From the NCBI GenBank assembly GCA_005887895.1, contig VBPC01000157.1, forward strand, positions 1 through 61,132: DNA of 61,132 nt, given 5' to 3'. How positions within the stretch are numbered: position 1 is the first letter of the stretch; the number at the start of each line of letters is the position of its first letter. The stretch is from Candidatus Rokuibacteriota bacterium (lineage in GTDB: Bacteria; Methylomirabilota; Methylomirabilia; Rokubacteriales; CSP1-6). The notes beneath the pieces are model-generated. The model searched no databases, was not told the DNA's origin, and saw nothing but the letters and a program-made list of their open reading frames with translations. A program made the position numbers and the translations under genes. Positions 27,506 to 37,092 of the stretch are shown piece by piece.

Positions 27506-27511
27506 TCCCGG

Positions 27512-28405
27512 TCAGCGGCCGGTGGTGCGATCCGCCGGCAGCGTCGCCGAGCCCGTCTGGGAGGCGGGATCGCGGCGCGGCCAGCGTCCGGCGTCGACCG
27601 CGGTCAGGAAGTCGAGCACCGCGCGATTGAAGAGGTCGGGCTCCTCGAGGTTGATGGCGTGACCGGACTTGGGCAGGATGATCAGCCCCGACGTCGCGAT
27701 CGTGCGCTTCATGAAGATCGCCGGCTCCAGGCACGGCTCGTCCTCGTCGCCGGTCATGATGAGCGTCGGCACCTCGAGCCGCCCGAGCCGGGCCTCGAGC
27801 TCGAAGATCGACGGCCGCTGCCGCTGCACGCCGCGCAGGGTGTTGGCGTGGCCGAGCGCGGAGCCGCCGGCGAACCGGTCGTAGAACTCCCGCCAGCCCA
27901 CCGGATCCTTGGCCATGAACTGCACGCGGGTCGGCCCGCGCGCGTAGAACTCCGCCACCGCGGCCATCCCGGCGTCGAACTGGCGGACGAGGTAATCGGT
28001 ATCCTTGTGGAACGTCGTGCGCTCGGTGCCGCTGCCATAGCCGGCACCGGCGATGGTGAGCGACAGCGCCCGCTCGGGGTACATGAGGCCAAAGTGCAGC
28101 GTGGCATAGCCCCCCATCGAGAGCCCTGCGACGTGGGCCTTCGCCAGGCCCAGGTGATCGAGCACGGCCTTGATGTCGTCCGCCGCCTGGACCTGGGAGT
28201 AGCGCGCGGCGTCCTCCGGGACGTCGGACGGCGGGTAGCCGCGCGCGTTGAAGGCGAGCGTCCGGTAGCGCCGCGCGAAGAACTTCACCTGTGGCGCCCA
28301 GCCGCGGCAGTCGTCGGCGAATTCGTGGACGAAGACGATCGGCGTGCCACGACCGATCTCCTCGTAGTAGAGCTTCACGCCGTCGGCGGCCGCAGCGGTC
28401 GGCAT
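27512..28405 (-). CDS. alpha/beta fold hydrolase
   Basis: DGVKLYYEE, FVHEF, NARGYPPS, GLSMGG, GDED, SGHAINLEEP. Confidence 0.9.
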   Translation of the reverse strand: MPTAAAADGVKLYYEEIGRGTPIVFVHEFADDCRGWAPQVKFFARRYRTLAFNARGYPPSDVPEDAARYSQVQAADDIKAVLDHLGLAKAHVAGLSMGGYATLHFGLMYPERALSLTIAGAGYGSGTERTTFHKDTDYLVRQFDAGMAAVAEFYARGPTRVQFMAKDPVGWREFYDRFAGGSALGHANTLRGVQRQRPSIFELEARLGRLEVPTLIMTGDEDEPCLEPAIFMKRTIATSGLIILPKSGHAINLEEPDLFNRAVLDFLTAVDAGRWPRRDPASQTGSATLPADRTTGR

Positions 28406-28412
28406 CAGGCGC

Positions 28413-28895
28413 TCATCCGGCCCAGGGGAAGTTGACCTCGAGGATCTCGAACGTCTTCTTGCCGCCGGGCAGCTGCGCGGTGACGGTGTCACCCACGCGC
28501 TTGCCGATCAGCGTGCGGGCCAGCGGCGCCAGGATCGAGATGAGCCCTCGGGCCGGCTGGGCCTCGTCGGAGCCCACGATCCAGTAGCGCACCTCCTTGC
28601 CGCTCTCGTCCTCGAGGCGGACCGTGGACGCGAACGTCACGCGATCGCCGCCGTTCGGCGGCTCGATCACCTCGGCGGCGCCCACCTTGCCCTCCAGCTC
28701 GTTGATGCGCCCCTCGGTGAAGCTCTGCTTCTCGCGGGCGGCGTGGTACTCCGCATTCTCCGACAGGTCGCCGTGGGCGCGGGCCTCGGCGATCGCCTTG
28801 GTGATCGCCGGCCGCTCGATCCGCTTGAGCCGCTCCAGCTCCTCCTTGAGCTTTTCGTAACCGGCCCGGGTCATCGGCGTCCGCGGCATCGCCAT
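28413..28895 (-). CDS. greA: transcription elongation factor GreA
   Basis: [50 protein letters not shown]. Confidence 0.96.
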   Translation of the reverse strand: MAMPRTPMTRAGYEKLKEELERLKRIERPAITKAIAEARAHGDLSENAEYHAAREKQSFTEGRINELEGKVGAAEVIEPPNGGDRVTFASTVRLEDESGKEVRYWIVGSDEAQPARGLISILAPLARTLIGKRVGDTVTAQLPGGKKTFEILEVNFPWAG

Positions 28896-28922
28896 GCCGG
28901 TACGGTAACACGAGGCGACGCG

Positions 28923-29904
28923 TCAGGCGGCGCGGGCGGCGCCCGCCGGCCGCGCGAGTCGCCGCTGCAGCAGGCCGAGCACCACCCCTTCGGCCGCGTC
29001 GAGGCCGCCCAGCGTTCGGCCGATCGTCACGCCGTCGAGATAAGCGTCGACGATCCCGGGGTGCACGTAGCCCTTGCGGCAGATTGCCGGCGTGTTGCCG
29101 AGCCGCGCGGCGACGCGCTCGATCGCCCGCACGACGTTACGGCGTGCCTCGCGGACTGTCCTGAACCGACGCGCCTCGGCCAGCGCCCGCGCGGCCAGCA
29201 CCGTCCCCGCCCAGGTGCGAAAGTCCTTCGCGGTGAAGTCGTCGCCGCCGATCTCGCGCAGGTAGGCGTTCACGTCGGCGGAATCGATCGTGCGCGGGGC
29301 GCCGTCGTCGTCGACGTACTGGAAGAGCTCCTGCCCCGGCAGCTCGTGCAGCCGTCGGACGATGCGGGCGACGCGCGGGTTGCGCACGCCGACGGCGTGC
29401 GTCTTGCCACCCTTGCCGCGGAACTCGAAGCGCACCTCGGGGCCGTCGACGTCGACGTGACGGCCGCGCAGCGTCGTGAGCCCGAACGAGTTGTTGGCGC
29501 GCGCGTATTCCTCGTTGCCGACGCGGATCAGCGTCGTCTCCAGCAGCCGGACCACGGTGGCCAGCACCTTCGCGCGCGGCAGACGGCGCCGGGCCAGGTC
29601 CGCGTCGACGCGCGCGCGGATCCGCGGCAGCGCCCGGGCGAAGGCGAGCATGCGCGTGTACTTCGTCTGGTCGCGCACCGCGCGCCACCGGGGGTGATAC
29701 CGGTACTGCTTGCGTCCCCGGGCGTCGCGCCCCACCGCCTGGATGTGTCCGTGCGCCGAGGCACAGATCCGCACGTCCGTCCAGGCCGGCGGAATGACGA
29801 GCGACCGGATGCGCCGCAGCGTCTCGGGATCACGAACGCGCCGCCCGCCGCCGAATCCCCACCCCCGCGTCGCTCACATAGCGCAGCCAGAGACGTATGG
29901 TCAC
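28923..29904 (-). pseudogene. bacterial (pox-like) DNA topoisomerase IB, frameshifted near the 5' end
   Basis: Main frame IPPAWTDV, GRDARGRKQYRYH, RVGNEEY, FRGKGGK, KDFRTW, GNTPAICRKGYVHP; the N-terminal LRYVSD..GIRRR (GTG at 29904) is in another frame and stops at 29830. Confidence 0.8.
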
Positions 29905-29975
29905 CGCAACGGGTCCTACGCCGCGCCGCTCGTGGTCGCCGGCCCTGGCCGCGGCCGCGCCCCCGCCGGCGGCCG

Positions 29976-30879
29976 TCAGGCACGCAGGTCGATGAGGACC
30001 TTCATGACGGGCCCGCCGCGCAGCGCCTGCTCCATCCCGTCCTGCAAGGACTCCAGGGGAACTCGGCGGCTGACCAGCGGGCCGAGCGTGACGGCGCCGG
30101 TCGCCGCGAGGCGGATCGCCTCGTCCCAGTCCTCGCGCGCGTACAGCCGGCTGCCGTGCATCGTCAATTCGCGTGCGAAGAACCGGTAAAGGTCGACCGG
30201 CAGCGGCTCGGCGTGGATCGCGACCATGCTGATCGTGCCCTGCACGCGTGCGAGGCCGGTCATCGCGGTGACGGCGGCGGCGTTACCGGTCACCTCGAAC
30301 ACGACGTCGGCGCCGTCGCCGCCGGTCCACTCGTCGACGAAGGCGGCGAGGTCACGGCCGGGCCCGACGACGTCGATGCCGAGCTTGGCCAGGATCTCCA
30401 CGCGGAACGGGTTGATCTCGCTCACGACGACGCGGGCGCCGCGGTGGCGCGAGACCATCGCGATGAGCGCGCCGATCGGTCCGCCGCCCAGGACCAGCAC
30501 CGAGTCGCCCGCCTTCACCTCCGCGCGCCGCACGTCGTGGGTGGCCACCGCGAGCGGCTCGATCATGGCGGCCTGGTCGTCGCCGAGGGTGTCCGGCACG
30601 TGGAGCATCCGCACCGCCGGCACCGTCCAGTAGTCCTGCATGCCGCCGGGCAGCTCCACCCCGTAGATCTTCAGGCGATAGCAGAGGTAGTAACCGCCCA
30701 TCCGACACGCGCGGCACTCCCCGCACGAGTGGATCGGCTCGGCCCTGGAAGATGTGCAGATCGGTGCCGCAGATGCCCACCCGACGGACTCGCAGCAACG
30801 CCTCGCCGGGCGCGGCGGCCGGCCGGGCGGCGTCGCCGATGCGGAACCGCCCGGCGCCCTCGTAGAACGAGGCGCGCAT
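29976..30879 (-). pseudogene. zinc-binding (threonine/sorbitol-type) dehydrogenase broken by an internal deletion
   Basis: MRASFYEG...GICGTDLHIFQG joins out of frame at ~30741 to EPIHSCGECRACR...LC; the GHE zinc-ligand segment is absent. Confidence 0.82.
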
Positions 30880-32771
30880 CAGCCTCGCCTCGGTGTCTTC
30901 TGACCGACGACCTCGATGCGGGACTCGCCGCGCGCGGCCATCACCCACCGCTCCCACACCTGGTTCTGCTTCTGGCTCGTCAGCTCCTTCTCGAGCTTAT
31001 CGCGCTCCAGCGGATCGACCGGCCCGGCCGGCGCTCGCTCGAGCACCTTGACGACGTAGTACCCCTGGGGCGTGCGCACCGCCGGGCTCGTCTCGCCGGT
31101 CGGCGTCTGCAGCGCGGCCAGCTGGGCGTCGCCCGGCAGCTTCTCGGCTGGCTTGCTGCGCGAGAAGCGTAGCGTCTCGCCATAGCTCGCGCCGACCTTC
31201 CTGGCGGCGCCCTCGAGGTTGCCGCTCTTGGCCTCGTCGGCCAGCTGCTTGGCGCGGCCCGCCGCGAGCGCGTCGGCCTTGAGGCGCTTCACAGTGGCGG
31301 CCACCCGGTCACGGATCTCGGCGAGCGGCGGCACGCCGGCCGGGACGGTGTCGACGACCTTCAGCACGACCCAGCCGGCCGGCGTCTTCACCGGCGTGGT
31401 GACGCCGCCCAGCGCAAGCGCGAACGCCGCGTCTTCGAGCGAGTCGGCGCCCTCGGGCATGCCGGGCGGCCGCGCCGCCTTCGTCATCGAGGTCTCCACC
31501 GGCGCCAGCCCGAGCGTCCGCGCCTGGGCCATGAAGTCCTTCGTCTGCTGGAGCGCCGGCCGCACCTCGTCGGCCTTCGCGCGAGCGGCCTTCTCGGCCG
31601 CCTCGGCGGCGAGCCGATCGCGGATCTGCGCGGCCACGTCCTTGAGCGGCTTGCGGGTGCCCTCACGGACGTCGAGCACCTTGATGGCGTGGAAGCCGTA
31701 CGGGGTGCGCACGGGCTCCGCGGTCAGCTCGCCCTTCTTGAGCGCGAACAGCGCCTGCTCGAAGGGCGGCACCATGTCACCCTGGCTGACCCAGCCGAGG
31801 TCGCCGCCCTTGTCCTTCGATCCGGGATCGTCGGAGATTTCCCGGGCGAGCTTGCCGAAGTCCTCGCCGGCCCTGGCGCGCCGGATGACGTCAGCCACCT
31901 TGTCGCGCGCCTTGTCCTCGGCCTCGCTGCCGCCGGTCTCGCCGACGCGGGCCAGGACGTGGCTGGCGTGGACCTGGCGCGGCGTCTCGAACTCCTTGGT
32001 GTGTTCGGTGTAGTACTTCTCGACGTCGGCGTCGCTGATCTTCGGCGTGAAGTCCTTGGCGACGAGCGTCACGTACTGGACCTTGCGCCGCTCCGGCTGC
32101 TTGAACTCCTCGCCGTGCGCCTTGAAATACTCGGCGATCTCCTCGTCGGGAGCGGCCGCCGACGCCACCAGTGGCCCCAGCTCGACGAGCGCCCACGCCG
32201 CCCGCACCTGCTCCCGCCGGAGCTGCCACGCCTGCTCGACCTCGGCGTCGGTCACCCGCACGCCGCCGGCGATCATGCGCTGGACCTTGCGCATGGTGAG
32301 ATAGCGCCGCAGGTCGCGCTCGGCGTCGACACCGCGCATCTGCAAGAAACGCCGGTAGCGGTCCATCGAAAAGCGGCCGTTGTCCTGGAACTCGCGCATG
32401 GCGTGGACGGCGGCGTTGAACTCCTCGTCGTCGACACCGAGGCCCTCGCCCTGGGCGCGCTGAACCACCACGGCCTCGGTGACGAGCTCGTCCACCACCC
32501 GCTGGGGCAGTCCCAGCTGCTCGGCGATCTCCGGCGAGAGACGGCCGCGATTGGCCTGGGCGTAGTAGTCGAGAACGGCCTGGTAGCGGTCGTGGAACTG
32601 CTTGCGGGAGATCGGCTCGCCGTTGACGGTGGCGACCCGGTCGCCGTCGGCGCCCGACGAGCCGTCGAAGCTCCGCGAGCCGAAGACGAACAGCGAGCCC
32701 ACGAACGCGGCGATGACGACGAGCAGGCCCAGCTGCAGGCCCTTTCGATAGCGGCGCATGAACGTGATCAT
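30879..32771 (-). CDS. PpiD/SurA-like membrane-anchored peptidyl-prolyl isomerase chaperone
   Basis: N-terminal TM, VATVNGEPIS, rotamase motifs HASHVL, DFGKLAREISDD, GGDLGW, VRTPYGFH; GGAG RBS. Confidence 0.9.
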   Translation of the reverse strand: MITFMRRYRKGLQLGLLVVIAAFVGSLFVFGSRSFDGSSGADGDRVATVNGEPISRKQFHDRYQAVLDYYAQANRGRLSPEIAEQLGLPQRVVDELVTEAVVVQRAQGEGLGVDDEEFNAAVHAMREFQDNGRFSMDRYRRFLQMRGVDAERDLRRYLTMRKVQRMIAGGVRVTDAEVEQAWQLRREQVRAAWALVELGPLVASAAAPDEEIAEYFKAHGEEFKQPERRKVQYVTLVAKDFTPKISDADVEKYYTEHTKEFETPRQVHASHVLARVGETGGSEAEDKARDKVADVIRRARAGEDFGKLAREISDDPGSKDKGGDLGWVSQGDMVPPFEQALFALKKGELTAEPVRTPYGFHAIKVLDVREGTRKPLKDVAAQIRDRLAAEAAEKAARAKADEVRPALQQTKDFMAQARTLGLAPVETSMTKAARPPGMPEGADSLEDAAFALALGGVTTPVKTPAGWVVLKVVDTVPAGVPPLAEIRDRVAATVKRLKADALAAGRAKQLADEAKSGNLEGAARKVGASYGETLRFSRSKPAEKLPGDAQLAALQTPTGETSPAVRTPQGYYVVKVLERAPAGPVDPLERDKLEKELTSQKQNQVWERWVMAARGESRIEVVGQKTPRRG

Positions 32772-32800
32772 CGAAACTCCTTGGCCCGGATTCCGCCGAC

Positions 32801-33637
32801 CTACTCGTCCCGCTCGGGCAGCGGCAGGCGCGGCATGGCGACGCCCTCCTCCGGCACGACCCGCCGGGCGACCGTGATGAACCCGGTGTGGGCCACCATG
32901 CGGTGGAACGGCCGCACCGAGGTGCCATCGATGTTCCACGGCCGCACCAGCGTCTCGAAGGTCTCCACCAGCGCCCACGCCCGCTCGCGCTGCAGCGCCT
33001 CGGTGATCTGGTGCGACTGGATGATCGTCGGCACGTACATGAGGAGAATGCCGCCGGGGCGCAGCACGCGGGCGACCGCCGCCGTCAGCTTCCACGGCTC
33101 CGGCAGATCGAGCACGACCCGATCGACCGGCTCCTCCTCGCCGAGGCCATCCTCGACGGGCCGCAGCCGCACCATGAGGTTGCCGACCTCGCCGGCCCGC
33201 ATGTGGATGTTGGCCAGCGCGCGGCGGGCGAACTCCTCGCGCTGCTCGTAGGTGATGACGCGTCCCTCGGGGCCGACGGCGCGCAGCAGCGCGAGCGTCA
33301 GCGCGCCGGAGCCGGTGCCGGCTTCCAGCACGCGACAGCCCGGGTAGACGTCGGCCCAGAAGAGGATCATGGCGAGGTCCTTGGGATAGATCACCTGGGC
33401 GCCCCGCGGCATCTCCAGCACGAACTCGGCCAGCGTCGGCCGGAGCGCGAGGTAGCGTAGCCCCATCGAGGAGCGCACCCACGAGCCCTCCGGCTGGCCG
33501 ATCACGGAGTCGTGCGGGATCCAGCCGCGGTCGGAGTGGAACGTCTCCGACTTGCGCAGGAAGATCAGGTGGCGCTTGCCGCGCTGATCGATGAGCAGCA
33601 CCTGCTCACCGTCCTGGAGCGGGAGTCGCTCGTTCAC
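32801..33637 (-). CDS. trmI: tRNA (adenine-N1)-methyltransferase
   Basis: MPRGAQVIYPKD, VLEAGTGSGALT, YEQREEF, LDLPEPW, MVAHTGF; GTGA overlap with the upstream gene. Confidence 0.92.
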   Translation of the reverse strand: MNERLPLQDGEQVLLIDQRGKRHLIFLRKSETFHSDRGWIPHDSVIGQPEGSWVRSSMGLRYLALRPTLAEFVLEMPRGAQVIYPKDLAMILFWADVYPGCRVLEAGTGSGALTLALLRAVGPEGRVITYEQREEFARRALANIHMRAGEVGNLMVRLRPVEDGLGEEEPVDRVVLDLPEPWKLTAAVARVLRPGGILLMYVPTIIQSHQITEALQRERAWALVETFETLVRPWNIDGTSVRPFHRMVAHTGFITVARRVVPEEGVAMPRLPLPERDE

Positions 33638-34878
33638 GCGGCGGCGTGGCCCCGCGGCGCCGGCAGGAAGCGCGTGAGGGCGAACCCGGCCAGCGGCATC
33701 AGCGCGCTGATCCAGAGCGCCGTCGGCACGCCCCAGCGGTCGGCGATCCAGCCAAGCGCGGTCACGCCGGCGCCGCCCAGTCCGATCGCGAAGCCGACGA
33801 TGAGCCCCGAGGCCATGCCGGCGTTGCGCGGGAGATAGGCCTGGCCCAGCACGACCGAGACGGAGAAGCTCGAGGTCAGCGCCGCGCCGAACAGCCCGAG
33901 CGCCACGAAGGCCAGCGGCCCGCTCGAGACGAGGAACAGCGCCCCGAACGGAATGGCGGCCAGCAGCACCCACTGCATGAAGGTCCGCGCGCCGACGCGG
34001 TCGGCGATCGGTCCGGCGACGACGGTGCCGAGCGCGCCGGCGCCGAGGAACACGAAGAGCACGACGCCGACCAGGCGCGGGTCGGCCTTCAGCGTGTCGA
34101 GGTAGTAGAAGGGCACGAACGTGCTGAAGCCGAGCGACGACCAGGCGCGCATGGTGACGACGAGGATCAGCAACGCCATCGCGCGCGGCATGTTCAGGCC
34201 CGAATCCCCCGCGCGCGCGGCGGCCGGCGGCGCGGCCGATTCCCGCGTGAGCCTCGGCAGCACGGCCAGCAGGAGCGTGCCGACGACGAGCGTCGGGCCC
34301 AGCATTCCGAGCGTGTGGGCGGGGCGGAAGCCATCGCCGGCGAGACCGGCCACCAGAAAGATCATCAACGGCGGCCCCACCGCGATGCCGACGTTGCCGC
34401 CGAGCGAGAACCACGAGAGCGCGGTGGCCTTGCGATCACCGGCCACGCTGCTGGCGGTCTTGTAGCCTTCGGGATGCCAGGCGGCCGCGCCCAGCCCGAG
34501 GACGATGACGAGGGCCACCACCGCCGCGTAGCCCGGAGCCAATCCGAGGAGCGCGATGCCGAGACCGGACACGAACACCGAGAGCGGCAGCAGCCAGCGC
34601 CGCGCGATCTGATCGGAGAGGTAGCCAAACAGCGGCTGGATGATCGACGACGCCACGTTGGCGGCCAGCACGATCATCGCCGCCTGCGCATAGGACAGCG
34701 TGTGGACGTGCTTGAGGAACGGCAGGACGGCCGGCAACGCCCCCTGGTTCACGTCGATCACGAAGTGGCCGAGCGCCAGCAGCGCGATCAGCTTCGTGTG
34801 GGGCTTCACGCGCTCGGCCACGGGAAGGAACTCGGTCGCGACGGCCGTGCGCAGGGCCGCCGGCTTGGAGTCAGCCAT
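33634..34878 (-). CDS. MFS transporter (Fsr-like)
   Basis: GHFVID, QPLFGYLSD, AAWHPEG, GPIADRVG, ~12 hydrophobic segments. Confidence 0.9.
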   Translation of the reverse strand: MADSKPAALRTAVATEFLPVAERVKPHTKLIALLALGHFVIDVNQGALPAVLPFLKHVHTLSYAQAAMIVLAANVASSIIQPLFGYLSDQIARRWLLPLSVFVSGLGIALLGLAPGYAAVVALVIVLGLGAAAWHPEGYKTASSVAGDRKATALSWFSLGGNVGIAVGPPLMIFLVAGLAGDGFRPAHTLGMLGPTLVVGTLLLAVLPRLTRESAAPPAAARAGDSGLNMPRAMALLILVVTMRAWSSLGFSTFVPFYYLDTLKADPRLVGVVLFVFLGAGALGTVVAGPIADRVGARTFMQWVLLAAIPFGALFLVSSGPLAFVALGLFGAALTSSFSVSVVLGQAYLPRNAGMASGLIVGFAIGLGGAGVTALGWIADRWGVPTALWISALMPLAGFALTRFLPAPRGHAAA

Positions 34879-34887
34879 GACCAGCCA

Positions 34888-34897
34888 ATGTTACACT
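34888..34897. promoter_or_regulatory. overlapping divergent -10 boxes
   Basis: TAACAT on minus (34888-93) 9 nt from the MFS ATG; TG-n-TACACT on plus (34892-97) 9 nt from the VOC ATG. Confidence 0.55.
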
Positions 34898-34906
34898 ACC
34901 GCCGCC

Positions 34907-35428
34907 ATGGAGACACCCGCGCGGGCCGCGCCCACGCCGGGACGCCTCGCGGTCCGCGAGCTCGGTCACGTCTCGTTCTTCGTGCGCGACCTCGACGCCA
35001 CCCGGCGCTTCTATCGCGACGTGCTCGGGCTCGCGGAGACTGGCACCGGCAAGAACGGACGCATCGTGTTCTTCTCCGCCGGCGTCCATCACCACGACGT
35101 CTCGTGCGAGCTGGCGCGCGCCGAGGGCCCTGGTCCGCAGCCCAGGGGCGTCCCCGGCCTCTACCACGTCGCGTTCGACATCGGCACGTCGCCGGAGGAC
35201 CTCGCCGCGGCCCGACGGTGGGTGGAGGCGCACGGTCTCACGCCGTTCGGCGAGTACGACCGCGGCTTCTGCATCCGCGATCCCGACGGCCACGAGCTGG
35301 AGGTTTATATAGACGTGGGGGGCCCCGACATGGCCCCCCACACCCCCCACACGCTCGGAGCGCCCCGGCGGAGCCGTGGCGCTCCTCGACAACGCGTCAC
35401 GCCTTCCCGGCCTTCTCGAGGTCGATGA
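34907..35428 (+). CDS. VOC/glyoxalase family protein with a repeat-derived C-terminal tail
   Basis: LGHVSFFVRDL, HHHDVSC, GLYHVAF, DPDGHELE; the frame runs through the repeat at 35317-35387. Confidence 0.85.
   Translation: METPARAAPTPGRLAVRELGHVSFFVRDLDATRRFYRDVLGLAETGTGKNGRIVFFSAGVHHHDVSCELARAEGPGPQPRGVPGLYHVAFDIGTSPEDLAAARRWVEAHGLTPFGEYDRGFCIRDPDGHELEVYIDVGGPDMAPHTPHTLGAPRRSRGAPRQRVTPSRPSRGR
35317..35387 (+). repeat. two-hairpin repeat copy
   Basis: GGGGGGCC-CCGACAT-GGCCCCCC, C-rich linker, CGCTCG, GAGCGCCCCGGC-GGA-GCCGTGGCGCTC, CTC. Confidence 0.9.
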
Positions 35429-35903
35429 AATAGAGGAGGTCGAGCCAGCCGGGTGAGTGGCCGAGGTTCGTCAGGAGCATGGCGGCCTCGCTGCGGTGCT
35501 GGGTCGCGTGATTCACCTGGTGCAGCAGTTGCTGCCACAGCGGATACGCCCAGCGCTCGCCCTGCATGTTCGTGTACTCGACGACGGCGGCGGCGCGCGC
35601 CTCGGTCAGGGCGGCCAGGAACGTCTGCGTGTCGCGCTCGATCACGTCCCAGCGCGCGCGAATCGACGCGAGGTCCACCGAGGCGGCGGCGGCGGGCCAG
35701 GCGCGCGGCGAGCGCCCCTGCCAGCGCTCGAGATACAGCCACTGCGCGTTCAGCGTGTGCGCGAGCGTGTCGCGGACGGAGTCGAAGCTGGCGCCGCCGG
35801 GGGCGATCAGCTGGGCCGGCGTGAGCCGCGTCGCCGCATCGAGGATGCGGGCGTTCGCCCACGTGTTGTAGCGGTACATCGTTCGCACGACGTCGAGGAT
35901 CAC
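35397..35903 (-). CDS. DinB family protein
   Basis: YNTWANARIL, SVRDTLAH, HQVNHATQHR; GTGA overlap with the upstream MFS. Confidence 0.9.
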   Translation of the reverse strand: MILDVVRTMYRYNTWANARILDAATRLTPAQLIAPGGASFDSVRDTLAHTLNAQWLYLERWQGRSPRAWPAAAASVDLASIRARWDVIERDTQTFLAALTEARAAAVVEYTNMQGERWAYPLWQQLLHQVNHATQHRSEAAMLLTNLGHSPGWLDLLYFIDLEKAGKA

Positions 35904-37078
35904 GCGCGCACCCTCCAGATGGCGATGACGCCGGTGACGAGCATCGTGACCGAGAACACGAACGCCGGCAGATAGCTCCCGGTCGCGTCGAAGATCCGGC
36001 CGCCCAGCCAGGCGCCCAGCGCTTCGCCGGGGCCGATGGCCAACCCCAGCATGCCCCAGATCGAGCCGAACGCGGCGCCGGCGAACACGTCGGCCGCGCG
36101 CGCCGCGGCAATGATGCCGCTCGAGCCCTGGGCCATGCCGTAGAAGAGGACGTAGAGCGCGAGCCACCACGAGGCGCCCGTCGCGGCCAGGAGGCCGAGG
36201 CACCCGATGCCGACCGCCGCGCTGCCGTAGGCGAGCGTGAGCGTCAGCGGGCGGCCGACGCGATCGGAGAGCCAGCCCGTCGTCATCCGTCCGGCCAGGC
36301 TGACCAGACTCACGGCGCCAAGGGCGGTCGCCGCCGTCGCCGGCGGGATGCCGTGACCGATCGCGTAGGCGACCATGTGGACGTTCATCAGCGGAAACGC
36401 GCAGGCGCCGGCGAAGCGCATGAGCGCCAGAAACCAGAACGGCGTCGCGCCGAGCGCGCTCGCCAGCGTCCAGTCGCGCGCCGGCGGCGTTCCCGCCGCA
36501 CCCACCGGCCCCAGGCGCTCGGAGGGCGGGCGGCCCTGGAAGGCATTGAGCGGGATCAGGACGAGCGCGAGGAGCGCCGCCCACACGAGGAGCGTCGGCC
36601 GCCAGCCGAGCGACGAGACGAGCGCCTGACCGAGCGGGATGAAGCAGAACGCGCCGAAGCCGGTGCCGAGATCGACGAGCGCGATGGCGCGTCCGCGGGC
36701 CCGCGGGTACCAGAGCGCCGCCACCGTCATGTTGCCCTGGCTGCCGAGACAGGCCAGGCCGAGCCCGCCCAGCAGCCCATAGGTGAGCGCCAGGACCGGC
36801 AGCGACGGCGCCCGGCTGCCGAGCGAGAAACCGAGCGCGGCCAGCGTGGCCCCGAACTGGAACAACCGGCGCGGCCCGAGCCGATCGAAGGCCCAGCCGA
36901 CCAGCGGCGAGCCGAAGCCGCCGAGCAGCAGCACCACCGACTGCACCGCCGCCACCTCGCCGCGCGAGGCATGGAACTCCTCCAGCAGCGGCAGGTACAG
37001 CACCGCGAATGACATCATCACGCCGTTCTGCACGGCCAGCGTGATGGCGGCGATGGCGAGGGGACGGGCGCGGTTCAG
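35900..37078 (-). CDS. MFS transporter (OFA/MCT-like)
   Basis: GWAFDRLGPRR, WYPRARGRAI, GWLSDRVGR, GRIFDATGSY; start uncertain (CTG at 37078 inferred). Confidence 0.85.
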   Translation of the reverse strand: MNRARPLAIAAITLAVQNGVMMSFAVLYLPLLEEFHASRGEVAAVQSVVLLLGGFGSPLVGWAFDRLGPRRLFQFGATLAALGFSLGSRAPSLPVLALTYGLLGGLGLACLGSQGNMTVAALWYPRARGRAIALVDLGTGFGAFCFIPLGQALVSSLGWRPTLLVWAALLALVLIPLNAFQGRPPSERLGPVGAAGTPPARDWTLASALGATPFWFLALMRFAGACAFPLMNVHMVAYAIGHGIPPATAATALGAVSLVSLAGRMTTGWLSDRVGRPLTLTLAYGSAAVGIGCLGLLAATGASWWLALYVLFYGMAQGSSGIIAAARAADVFAGAAFGSIWGMLGLAIGPGEALGAWLGGRIFDATGSYLPAFVFSVTMLVTGVIAIWRVRA

Positions 37079-37092
37079 ACCGGAGCGCGACC

